Positions 1 to 10,854 of a DNA stretch of 64,000 bases are shown here, one piece after another; position 1 is the first letter of the stretch, and the number at the start of each line of letters is the position of its first letter. Both the position numbers and the translations under genes were made by a program. The DNA lies in the NCBI GenBank assembly GCA_032718475.1, contig JAUCBJ010003681.1, positions 1 to 64,000 on the forward strand. The letters are read 5' to 3'. Below the pieces are notes generated by a model. The model made no database searches, had not been told where the DNA came from, and worked only from the letters and a program-made list of their open reading frames with translations. This DNA comes from Nemertoderma westbladi (lineage: Eukaryota; Animalia; Xenacoelomorpha).

Positions 1-2356
1 TCGAACTGTCGGTGTAACCTTCCTCCAGACGTTCCTCGATCTGAGCCAACTTGTTAACAACTGGTCGCAGGATGTCGGCGAACTGTTGTGTACTAATTGC
101 GTCCATTGGTTGTAACGCCTTCTGTGTTGGTGTATTCTGTGGAGGATTGTCTGCAAAGGAGTTGTCTGAACGCTCGCGTTTATATTCATCGGCCGCCCCT
201 GTTCTAAATACCTCGCGTTTCGGGTAATCCGATTCGCTCGAAGTACTACTATCATCTGGATATGGTGGTCGACGTGCTCGCGTTCGTTGCGTCGTACGAA
301 TTCTAACGGTTCGTTTCGGAACATCGTCCACTGATCTCCGTTGTTCGGTAGGCTCACAAGTCTTCCTCGAAGTCGTAGATTGCGATGTACACTGGTTGAA
401 CGGTCGCGTATCCACTAGTCTCCGTTGTTCGGTAGGCTCACAAGTCTTCCTCGAAGTCGTAGATTGCGATGTACACTGGTTGAACGGTCGCGTATCCACT
501 AGTCTCCGTTGTTCGGTAGGCTCACAAGTCTTCCTCGAAGTCGTAGATTGCGATGTAAACTGAACCGGTGGTCGAGTGACAGCGTTTGAATCCAAAGGCC
601 TTGTTGGCCTAAACGTCATTGGGTAAGCGTAGTGTGTAACAGGTTTAGGTGTCGACGGTGGACTCACCTGTTTAGTCGTCAGTAGTGCAGGTTCGACTAA
701 TAAACTACTACGATCTGTAATCGGTGGGTTACTTACCTTGACTTTTGGAATAGGCGACGACGTTGCTCTTGGCGGTGTAAACTCGTCCGGAATAACAAAC
801 CTGTGTTCCGTCGCACCATGGATAGGAGAAATGTTACTACTACCCGCAATCGAAACAGGTTCCTTAGTCGTAACCGGTGCAAACATATGAGTTACCTGTG
901 GGAATCGTTGACACAAGTCCTTTACTAATTGTCGTTCCCGTCCGGGTGCTCCTACGCTTCCTTCCTTCTTCCGTTCCTGAATTTGGCGATGTCTTACCTC
1001 TATCTGGTCCAAGTCATGTCCGTCTCGAGATCTCATCGATCGATCGCGGGCTTGTAGATCCAGATCTTCCTTGGCGTTGGCTAATTCTCTCGCCTTCTTC
1101 CCGAGTTCGAAATGAAGTTTAACTTCCTTCTCACGTTGTTCCGTCTGTCGTTGTTGCGCCTCGAGCTCCGCTTGTCGTATAGCTGATTGAGCCTTTATTT
1201 GCCGTTTTTTCATCTCGGCTCTCGCTTCTGAAACTAATCTTTGTCGTTCTAGCTCGGCCGCTGCTGCTGCTGCCGCTGCTTGTCGCTTTGACTCAGCCGC
1301 TGCCGCTTGTCGCTCTGACTCAGCCGCTGCCGCTGCCGCTGCTGCCGTTTGTTGTGCAATGTGCAACTCTAACCTTTCCATCTCAGCCGCTTCTAGTTCA
1401 GCTTGTTCCTGCAGATGGGAGATTCTTGCTATATCCGCAACGCGTAGTTTTTCTTCTTGTACAGCTGCTTGTGCCGTCAACAGTTGTGCTTGTTCCTCCG
1501 CTTCCCGTTGTTGTCTATCCACTTGTTGTTGCTGTCTGGAAATTTCTGACGTCACTATACTTATCTCGCCAATTTCGCTGCGAATACTCACTAACGATTG
1601 GTCCAGTATTCCCGGTGCCGATTCGATTCGTACGGGTGAAGTTTCCCTCGTATATTCCGGCACGGTTTCCCAATCTCCGACATCCTCGCCGCACATACGT
1701 AAGTGGTCCGTCAGATGTTTCAATTGTCCATCCAGTCGGTACAGTTCCTGTTCTTCCTCGGGCTGTAATAATTCGTCCGAAACTGACTCACCTAACAACT
1801 GGTCCGCTTGTTCCTGTTGTATCTGTCTAATCGTCGACTTAAACTGAATCAGTTTCTCTCTAGCGATCATTAGTTTCTCGAGGATTCTAAGTTGAGTATC
1901 CATGTCCTGTCTCTGTCTAGCTAGATCTTGTAGGCCAACTAGATTATCTACGGACTTATATACTTTACTCTGTACTCTAACCTGGAGGGTGTAGAACTCG
2001 AATCGAGACATCGGAGCGGTCAACCCGTCTAATATGCGTTGGCCTTCTCCAATACTCCTGGTAATATGCGCCATATAACCTCCGACGCTCCTAACAACAC
2101 TTTCTGTGCTTCCTGCTGAACTTACCATTTCCGTTTCCCTATATCTAGGTTGCGGAACAGTTAGAAAGTCCTCGGTCCTGCCGTCGCCTCGTACTACGGC
2201 ATCCGGTACTCCCGTTGGATGTACTGGTGACGCACACGGTGTAGGTTCGGTAGGCTCGCGAGTCTTCCCCTGTTGTTCTTCCGCTGCTGACTTATCTCCG
2301 TCGCATGAGTCATAGTCGGTTTGTGTATTCTTCGTATAGTCTTGTTTGTCACTCAT
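1..2356 (-). CDS. Long gag-like ORF of an LTR-type retroelement (3' end outside the window)
   Basis: ATG at 2356 (MSDKQDYTKNTQ...). My manual translation stays open for ~785 codons to the window edge, which is why it is absent from the ORF track. It has a long Q/E/A-rich coiled-coil region (RQQQQVDRQQREAEEQAQLL...AAAAAAELERQR) and a P/S/T-rich region, is intronless, and lies downstream of an LTR-like promoter. The gag assignment is inference: no capsid or zinc-knuckle motif is visible in the window. Confidence 0.6.
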   Translation of the reverse strand, partial: MSDKQDYTKNTQTDYDSCDGDKSAAEEQQGKTREPTEPTPCASPVHPTGVPDAVVRGDGRTEDFLTVPQPRYRETEMVSSAGSTESVVRSVGGYMAHITRSIGEGQRILDGLTAPMSRFEFYTLQVRVQSKVYKSVDNLVGLQDLARQRQDMDTQLRILEKLMIAREKLIQFKSTIRQIQQEQADQLLGESVSDELLQPEEEQELYRLDGQLKHLTDHLRMCGEDVGDWETVPEYTRETSPVRIESAPGILDQSLVSIRSEIGEISIVTSEISRQQQQVDRQQREAEEQAQLLTAQAAVQEEKLRVADIARISHLQEQAELEAAEMERLELHIAQQTAAAAAAAAESERQAAAAESKRQAAAAAAAAELERQRLVSEARAEMKKRQIKAQSAIRQAELEAQQRQTEQREKEVKLHFELGKKARELANAKEDLDLQARDRSMRSRDGHDLDQIEVRHRQIQERKKEGSVGAPGRERQLVKDLCQRFPQVTHMFAPVTTKEPVSIAGSSNISPIHGATEHRFVIPDEFTPPRATSSPIPKVKVSNPPITDRSSLLVEPALLTTKQVSPPSTPKPVTHYAYPMTFRPTRPLDSNAVTRPPVQFTSQSTTSRKTCEPTEQRRLVDTRPFNQCTSQSTTSRKTCEPTEQRRLVDTRPFNQCTSQSTTSRKTCEPTEQRRSVDDVPKRTVRIRTTQRTRARRPPYPDDSSTSSESDYPKREVFRTGAADEYKRERSDNSFADNPPQNTPTQKALQPMDAISTQQFADILRPVVNKLAQIEERLEEGYTDSS
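335..560 (-). repeat. In-frame 84-bp tandem repeat (~2.7 copies) inside the gag-like ORF
   Basis: Units start at 335, 419 and 503. Each encodes TSQSTTSRKTCEPTEQRRLVDTRPFNQC (28 aa). Confidence 0.95.
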
Positions 2357-2440
2357 TTCGGTAGTTGTAAGTCAAGTAAAGTGAGTGTCAAAGTATCAAA
2401 CTTACCGTATTTATATCTAAACGGTACTAATTACAGTCTT

Positions 2441-2565
2441 ATAAAATTAGCCTACCGGCCGATTTTATAGCAGATGGATAAAATTAGCCTAAACGGCCAA
2501 TTTTACAGCAAATAAATGTCACGGAATAAGTATATAATAAAATTAGCCTAGCGGCCAATTTTATA
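2441..2565. repeat. Three short imperfect palindromic repeats (TAAAATTAGCCTA..CGGCCAATTTTA) in the retroelement leader
   Basis: Copies near 2442, 2479 and 2537. AAAATTAGCC and GGCCAATTTT are partly self-complementary. Confidence 0.8.
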
Positions 2566-4507
2566 ACAAATAAATCAGATAACGATATGCGTTATCAAAA
2601 GGTAAATTAAATACAATAATACGGACTAATTCAGCAATGAACAAAGAAATCATACGGAATGCATAAATACTTGAGACAGTGGAACCCACAATAATTTTAA
2701 CTAATACGGTAATGCCTAACTTATTTATGCAACTTTTCGAACTCACCCACTCCAATTCTTCTCCAGAAAAACAGATTCCCAGATACAAACCGGACGTGAA
2801 CCTTTCCGTTTTCAGCGTTGCGGACGAAACGCGATTTTCCCAACCAAAGTTGTTGAGTTATCTATCTCCCAAACTTGCTAAACACGGTCTTGCTCCCGTT
2901 ACAGTCTAGAAATGAGTTCTGAATCCTGAAAAACAAAAGAGTTAGGTTTTACTTTACGAAAATTTTTTGTACCGGTACAATATGGTATTTAAACCCTTTT
3001 AAACACCGGTATTCAATTCCAAAATATTTTACACGCGGTTCAAATCAAATTTTATTTCAAAATATTAGCACTTAGCTAATCAAATACAAATTTTTACCTC
3101 AAAATACAAAATTTTCAAATAACTTTAGTCCTACCGAACCGTAGTTCAGTAAAACACATTCCTACTATTGGAAGAGACGGTAACAATACCTGCAATATCC
3201 TACTGTAAAGTTTGTAAATCAAATCATAAATCCGACCTTCTCACCAAAACAGTAAACTCTAAGTAAACGAATATATTGCAGTATCGATCTCTTATAACCG
3301 GTGAGGCAGAAAACAGTCTACGAGCAGACAAACTTCGATAAAACAAATCCCGCGCAGCGAATCCTAAAATCAGGCTGACTCACTGACGGACTAAGAGGCT
3401 CGTATACTTTGCCGCGGTGTGATTTATATGGTTGGGCGAAGAGACGCTAGCTAGGTACACAGGCAGATATTTGGAGATGTCTAACTAGCGGGCAAAGCAC
3501 AGTACGGACAAAGTTAATTTTATATATTTCGAGGTGTAAATAATTTCTAACGCGCGTGTGTTAATTCTGAACGGTCAAAACAGTTTTGCTCCTTCACATA
3601 TATAATTACTGGGTACGGTGTACATTTACGAATATTCTAATTTTGTAACTTGTAGGTCCAATACTCACGAATGATAAGGTTCCTTCCCCTCTTGCGTATT
3701 TCCAGGACTCAAATTCAGGCATAAGGTTAATACTACGCCCAGAATTCGGCAATTTTAGGTACCAGGTCCCTGATACTAAGAAGAGATGTGTTAGTTTACT
3801 ACTGTAGGCGTACGGGTACTAATAGCTATCCTGGCTCCTATCTAGAATTTTAGTCACCCAGGTAGTCCGGGTAACTTCCTATTAGGGCGTTGGCGGGGAC
3901 ACGGTAGATGTTAGTATATCCCTGATAGCCTCAATTTATTTGCGCCTAGTACGTAAACTGCCCTACCGCCTGAACGGCACAATCCCAATTCAGGTGAAAA
4001 CACAGCAACCCCCTAACCTACAAGTTCTAATGCACTGGACACTGTCGTACTGCAAATAGTCGCACACGCACCTGTACTTAGCAAGAGTTAAGCGTACAGT
4101 TTGCTGCACCCTAACCAATGTGTATGCCTTGTACCGGTGTGCCTACGTCCTATCTGCGTACTAGTATCTGCCTGCGCTCTCCCTCCCCCGTAGGAATGTG
4201 AAGGTCTACTGTGGGTTTTCCTGAATCAAGACAGTACAGTCCCTATGATGTAATTTTGGGCTTACAGCGTGTCACTACGTCTACCTTTTGATCTTTTGGT
4301 CTTATACTTAGGTAGCAAGGATCGAACGCTGTCTAACCTTTCAGGCGATGGGCGAATAACTCTAAAATGGTATTGCGGGTTGTCTCTCGTCTACATTCCC
4401 GTGATGTTCCCGTTCATTGATGCGGCCCGATCTCTAGCCGGCCATCCTGTCCCTGAGTTTGTTCACCGTAGTGAATTCATGATAGAACAGATAGAAAAGG
4501 GCTGAGA

Positions 4508-5100
4508 TGTGACTAGTATTTCTGACTTTTATTACAAAAGATAAAATAACTATTATACAATAAACAATGTAATCTGAAATAAGACAGAAAGTTAAGGTAG
4601 ATCAGCAAGTGAGATTGAATGAAGTAGTAGTGTAAGTGAACTAATGAACGAAATCGCACCTTTATATAGCCAATTTGTGCCGCAATCAATCGAGAAAATT
4701 CTCGATTGTTCTATGGGTTCTAACAAGGTTTTAAAGATAGCTATTGGTCCAGCTAATATATAACTTGCACGACATTGGTTACAATCAAATAACTACAGTC
4801 TCATTGGTACAGATAAATGCAATTAATTTGTAGCGGTTAATTTAAATGAGTTGAAATTCTGCACAAAAAATAATTCGCACTTACCAGGATTCGAACTCGA
4901 TACCTACTACACATATAATTTCCAACGCTCTACCAACTGAGCTACTGAACCACTTGACCGATAGATATACAATAGATAGAACCAATACTAATGAGAACTC
5001 AAAGCAATCTTTACAAAGTTAATTCGAATAAAAATAAAATTTTGAAAATCCACGGCATTTAGGGAATATAATTCTATATCCTGACTGCTGAAACATTGCA
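4508..5100 (-). promoter_or_regulatory. Putative LTR / Pol II promoter of the retroelement
   Basis: On the minus strand: three CCAAT boxes ~30 bp apart (4807-4803, 4778-4774, 4747-4743), then TATATAAA (4668-4661), then AATAAA (4533-4528), ending ...GTCACA at 4508. This is the U3-R-U5 order. The right boundary and a primer-binding site were not identified. Confidence 0.55.
4865..4950 (-). other. tRNA-like Pol III cassette (A box, B box, T-run) within the putative LTR
   Basis: Minus strand: TAGCTCAGTTGGTAGAGC (D-arm/A box, 4944-4927), GTTCGAATCC (T-arm/B box, 4896-4887), then TTTTTT (4870-4865). There is no intact acceptor or anticodon stem, so it is not a functional tRNA gene. Confidence 0.75.
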
Positions 5101-5804
5101 AACTCATAACAATCAGTGTTCAGTTGTTGTTTTATACTGCTATTTACTGTCAGTTCTTCATAATATGGTTGATGAATAATTATATTTGGAATAACGATAA
5201 ATAACCCCGAAACCCAATATTCTTGATATACCGAAGGTAAGAGAGAAAGGTTACCAATAACGATTGTGACTTATGTTAAAGTGGTTTGAAGTGAATCTAA
5301 TGTTATTTGATAGACCCTACATGAGTCAGTCTGTGTTCCTTTTATATGTGACTAAAATCAGTGAAGATTGGCAGATTAGTGTGCAGTATTGTGCAGCATT
5401 GTGTATGAGTGAGTCTGTTAAAGAAGCAATTCCTAAAGAATGCGCCATATATGTGAATTATAATTAAGCCATATCGTTGTGAGTAGTTTAAGTCATAACT
5501 CTGTTTATATAGATAAAGCGCCACGTCCTAAAGGAACTGTTAATATTCCCGAAGGTGAATAATATTGTCAGAGATTATATAATACTGTCAGTCGAATAAT
5601 ACATTAGGCTTACATAGCAATAAAATTAAACCGTCGAACCCAATCTCCCGGGAATATCCAGCGGGTGAATGGTCGCGCACGGATTGGTTTCGACTAGTGT
5701 AGTGAATCAAATACTTGTCATAGACTAAAAACTGATTTAATATCTAGAAGACATCTTAATTTGGTGGGTTAAACAGCCAAAGGTCGGAAAGCTTCGAACA
5801 CTGA

Positions 5805-6292
5805 GACTTGGCAGAGGTCTACTGTACTACATCATTGGCTGCGTCTTTGGGAAGGACGGTGACCAGTCTGCAGTTGTCCAGTCCGCCACTAGGGGACGAA
5901 TTGTCTCAAAGTGAAATCCTTCTCCCATTTAAATTCTTTAGAGTTGATTCTTGGCAGCGATCTAAAAGTACTGTACAGTACCTACTAAACTAAATAAACT
6001 ATAGGTTGTGTTTACGAGGATGTTCTACAGTTTAACCTTTTTCCATATTTTTACTATTTTGTAATCCTTTGGAAATGATACTTGGTAGGCATTTACTATA
6101 TACAACAAGCCTTATGTTGTACATAGTAAAGTTTGTAGTAAAATGGCTTCAGTAATTTTGTTTGAGAGAACACTCAATCATGTGACGTTTTGTTAAGTTA
6201 AGTTAATTAATTAATTACAGAATTAATGTTTGGAATGGTGAATAGGCTTGTGAACTAGAAAGCCGTGGCCCGAAGGGCCACTGGCTTTCTAG
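5805..6292 (+). mobile_element. 5'-truncated non-autonomous Helitron, family A (3' end only)
   Basis: Near-identical to 8120-8632. Ends in the hairpin ACTAGAAAGCCGTGGCCC-GAA-GGGCCACTGGCTTT followed by CTAG. Confidence 0.8.
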
Positions 6293-6325
6293 TCTATCTA
6301 TATCTATATATATATAAATATCATG

Positions 6326-6365
<40 letters not shown>

Positions 6366-8632
6366 CAAGCTATACGTTTCTACACACAAGCACCAATCGG
6401 AGCTCTCGATACATCGAACGAAAGCTCTCGTCACGAGCACGTGCACTGTCGCTATCTCGAGTCTTATTTTACGCGTTTGTTTGCGTGAATGCAGATTTCG
6501 TGAATTTGGTACCGGTAGCGCAGTAGGCCTAGCAGTTCATTCTGTCACTCTACACGTTGGGTCTCGACTATTATGCTACTTTTTCATGCGCATCTAAGTG
6601 ATGCAGACTGCCCCGAGCACATGGACGTGAAACGTCGTTATATCGAGGCTAATTTTATGCATCATTTATGCGTGAATGCGTATTTGTGGACAAATCGGGC
6701 TATTATTCCATAGGCCTAACCATTTTTCGGCCAAATTACAGGTCAACCAGCAGGAAACTCTATAACAGTGGTTGTACCATCAGACTCAATCTGTTCTAAA
6801 TGATACTTTGCAGATATGTTCCCGACCATAGACTGTGTGATTGGGAGGACACTGATCAATCTGCAGTTCTCCAGTCTGCCGCTAGGGGGCGAAATGTCAG
6901 AAACTGAAAACCTTCTCCAATTTCGTTATTATTAACGCCTTTTAGCTGATACGTGGCAGAGGTCTACTACACCATAGGCTGTGTGTTTTCGGAGGATGCT
7001 GACCAATCTGCAATTCCCCAGTCTGCCGCTAGGGGAAGAAATATCTGAAAGTGAAAACCTTACCCATTTCGTTGTTTATAATGCTTTTTTGCTGATACTT
7101 GGCAGAGGTCTGCTACACCATAGACTTCGTGTTTGTGGAGAACTCTGAGCAATCTGCAATTCCTCTGTCTGCCGCTAGGGGGCGCAATGTCTGAAAGTGA
7201 AAACCTTCACCCATTTCGTTGTTTATAATGCTTTTTTGCTGATACTTGGCAGAGGTCTACCACACAGAGACTGCGTGTTTCGGGAGGAGCGAGAACCAGT
7301 CTGCATTTCTCCAGTCTGCCGCTAGGGGGCCAAATGTCTGAAAGTGAAAACCTTCACCCATTTCGTTGTTTATAATGCTTTTTTGCTGATACTTGGCAGA
7401 GGTCTACTACACAAAGACTGCGTGTTTGGGGTGGAGCTAGAACCAGTCTGCATTTCTCCAGTCTACCGCTAGGGGGCCCAATGTCTGAAAGTGAAAACCT
7501 TATCCCATTTCGTTATTAATATGCTTTTAGGCTGACACTTGGCAGATGTGTATTACACCATAGGGTGTGTCTGGGGAGGACGCCGAACAAACTGCAGTTC
7601 TCCATTCGGCCGCTAGGGGGCGAAATGTCTGAAAGTGAATACCCTCTCCCATTTCGATGTTTATAATGCTTTTAGGCTGATGCTTGGCAGAGGTCTACTA
7701 CACCATAGGCTGCGTCTTTGTGGAGAACTCTGACCAATCTGCAATTCCTCCGTCTGCCACTAGGGGGCGCAATGTCTGAAAGTCAAAACCTTCACCCATT
7801 TCGTTATTAATAATGCTTTTATGCTGATACTTTGCAGAGGTCTACTATACCATAGGCTGTGTTTTTGTGGAGAACTCTGACCAATCTGCAATTCCTCAGT
7901 CTGCCGCTAGAGGGTGAAATGTCTGAAATGAAAACCTTCTCCCATTTCGTTGTTTCTAATGCTTTTTTTTATACTTGGGAAAGGTATACTACACCATCGG
8001 CTGTATGTTTGGGGCGGATGCTAACCAGTCTGCAGTTCTCCAGTATACTGCTAGAGGGTGCGAAATGTCTGAAAAGTGAAAACATTCTCACATTTATTTA
8101 TTAAAAATGCTTTTAGGTTGATACTTGGCAGAGGTCTACTGTACTACATCATAAGCTGCGTCTTTGGGAAGGACGTTGACCAGTCTGCAGTTCTCCAGTC
8201 CGCCACTAGGGACGAATTGTCTGAAAGTGAAATCCTTCTCCCATTTAAATTCTTTAGAGTTTATTCTTGGCAGCGATCTAAAAGTACTGTACAGTACCTA
8301 CTAAACTAAATAAACTATAGGTTGTGTTTACGAGGATGATAACCACCTGCAGTTCTACAGTTTAACCTTTTTCCATATTTTTACTATTTATAATCCTTTG
8401 GAAATGATACTTGGCAGGTATTTATCTACTTTATACAACCTACTGTTAGCCTTATGTTGTACGTAGTATATAGATATTTGAAAAGTAAATCAGCTTCAGT
8501 CCTTTTGTTTGAGAGAACACTCAATCATGTGACATTTTGTTAAGTTAAGTTAATTAATTAATCTAATGTTTGGAATGGTGAATAGGCTTGTGAACTAGAA
8601 AGCCGTGGCCCGAAGGGCCACGGGCTTTCTAG
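6293..8632 (+). mobile_element. Non-autonomous Helitron family A, copy 1
   Basis: 5' TC(TA)n followed by a (GTCT)n microsatellite, ~10 internal 147-bp tandem units, and a 3' GC-rich hairpin ending CTAG. TC...CTAG termini without TIRs or TSD are canonical for Helitrons. Confidence 0.85.
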
Positions 8633-10854
8633 TCTAATATATATAAATATCGATTGTCTGTCAGTCAGTCAGTCTGTCTGTGTGTTTGTCATCGGCTATA
8701 CAATCGAACCCATCTCGATGAAATCTCGCTTGCTATAGCTCGTTAGAAAGGTCTCGCCCTAACTCGTTGCAACGTAATACTCAGAGCCATCTGAAGTTCG
8801 CCCGTCTGCCGCTAGAGGGCGATTTTCGTGATTTTCGGGCGAAATTTATCGAATTATTTCTGTTCTTCTATCGGTAATTAATGATTTAGAGGGCTAACAT
8901 TTATCCCACCTGGTATAAAATTAGCATGGGTAGATTCGCCGTGTCCCATTCTCACAAAGTTTTTATTTTATTCGAGTGTTTAATATAAATATGTATGATT
9001 ATTTATTGATTAAAAATCAAATAGTGTATAAATATGTCAATTCGCCAAGCACGATCGAATTGGCCTATTGTTATTGAATAGGAAGGATTTTTTTCTGTAT
9101 CATAGCAACGTTAAGGTAATTATTGAACTCGCAGCTAGCTGGCTGGGCACAGATAAGGAGCAAGCAGGCTGGAGTGTTGATTGGGGTGGGTTTGGGTTGT
9201 CTATTGCGAATTGCTCAAGAGTAATTCTGCTTTTTCAATCATTGGCTGCATGGAAGGAGAGGTTTATAACATTTTTGTTTTACTGTTATGAATATTAAAA
9301 GTAAAATAATTATTTATGTAGGCCTATACTTAATGTATTATTATTTTATCTAATATTATACATCTAATCTCGATGAAATCTCGCTTACTATAGCTCGTTA
9401 GATAGGTCTCGCCCTAACTCGTTGCATCGTAATACTCAGAGCCGTCTGAAGTTCCCCCGTCTGCCGCTAGGGGGCGAATTGTCCGATAGTGAAAACCTGA
9501 TCTCATTGGGTTGTTTTTAATGCTTTTGAGTTGAAACTTGGTAGCTATATACTGCAGCATAGGCTGTATATTTCCGGAGTCACTGAGTTGTCTACAGTTC
9601 CCCAGTCTACCGTTAGAGGGCTAAATGTCTGCGAGTTAACATCTTCTCCAACTTTGTTATTTACAATCCGTTTAGACTGAAACTTGGTAGGCATCTACTA
9701 CAACATAGGCTGTATTTTTACTGAGTCGCAGAATCGTCTACAATTCCCCACTCTACCGCTAGAGGGCTAAATGTCTGAAAGTTAACATCTTCTCCAACTT
9801 TGTTATTTATAATCCATTTAGACTGAACTTGGTAGGCATCTACTACAGCATAGGCTATATCTTTACTGAGTCGCGCAGAGTTGTCTACATTACCCGCGTC
9901 TGCCACTAGAGGGCGAAATGTATGAAAGTTAACATCTCCTCCAACTTTGTTATTTACAATTCTTTTAGACTGAAACTTGGTAGGCATCTACTATTGCATA
10001 GGCTATATCTTTGCGGAGTAGAAGAATCGTCTACATTTCCACAATCAGCCGCTAGAGGGCGAATTGTATGATAGTGAAAACCTCATCTCATTTGGTTCTT
10101 TTTAATCATTTTGAGCTGAAACTCGGCAGGTATCTACTACATCATAGGCTGTATCTTTACGGAGTTGCAGAGTCCTATACACTTCCCCAGTCTACCGCTA
10201 GAGGGTGAAATGTCTGAAAGTTAACATCTTCTCCAACTTTGTTATTTACTAACGGTTTAGACTGAAACGTGGTAGGCATCTACTACAACATAGGCTGTAC
10301 CTTTATGGAGTCGCAGAGTTGTATAAAGTCCCCCCATCTGACGCTAGAGGGCGAAATATCTGATAGTGAACACCTCATCCCATTTGGTTCTTTTTAATCC
10401 TATTGAGCTGGAACTTGGCAGGAATCTACTACAGCATATTCTGTATCTTTACGGAGTCCTAGAGTAGTCTACAGTTCTTCAGTCTACCGCTAGAGGGTGA
10501 AATGTTTGAATGTGAACATCTACACCAATTTTGTTATTTACAATCTGTTTAAGCTGAAACTTGAAAGGCAGGCATTTTACTTCACCATAAACCCCATCTT
10601 TACCAAACTGCAGCGCCGTCTGCATTTCACCAGTCCGCAGGTAGAGGGTGGATCTGAAAGTGATCATTTTCTGGAAATTTTGTTATTTACAATCTGCCTA
10701 AAGTTGAAACTTGACAGTTATCTCTTATGGGAGTGGTGTTTTATTTAATGATGGTGTCTGTTCCGTATGCAGTTCTCAAATCTCCCACACATATTCATAT
10801 ATCATCTGCACGTGCACTAGAAAGCTGTGGCCCGAAGGGCCACAGGCTTTCTAG
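8633..10854 (+). mobile_element. Non-autonomous Helitron family B, copy 1
   Basis: 5' TCTAATATATATAAA followed by (GTCA/GTCT)n. The 5' body differs from family A. It has ~8-9 internal 146-bp units and a 3' hairpin TGTGGCCC-GAA-GGGCCACA ending CTAG. Confidence 0.85.

Noticed and set aside
877-2315. Plus-strand ORFs of 69-180 aa
   Set aside because: These are antisense shadows of the long minus-strand ORF.
4865-4950. Functional tRNA gene (also 31615-31700)
   Set aside because: Only the A and B boxes are retained. The acceptor and anticodon stems cannot be formed.
5686-5726. Second hammerhead-like motif (minus strand CTATGACAAGT...ACTAGTCGAAAC)
   Set aside because: The core lacks CUGANGA, and stems I and III are not supported.
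5190-5760. Repeated CCGAAGGTGAAT / AACCCAAT motifs suggesting a small non-autonomous element
   Set aside because: Boundaries, TIRs and TSD could not be defined, so no feature was called.
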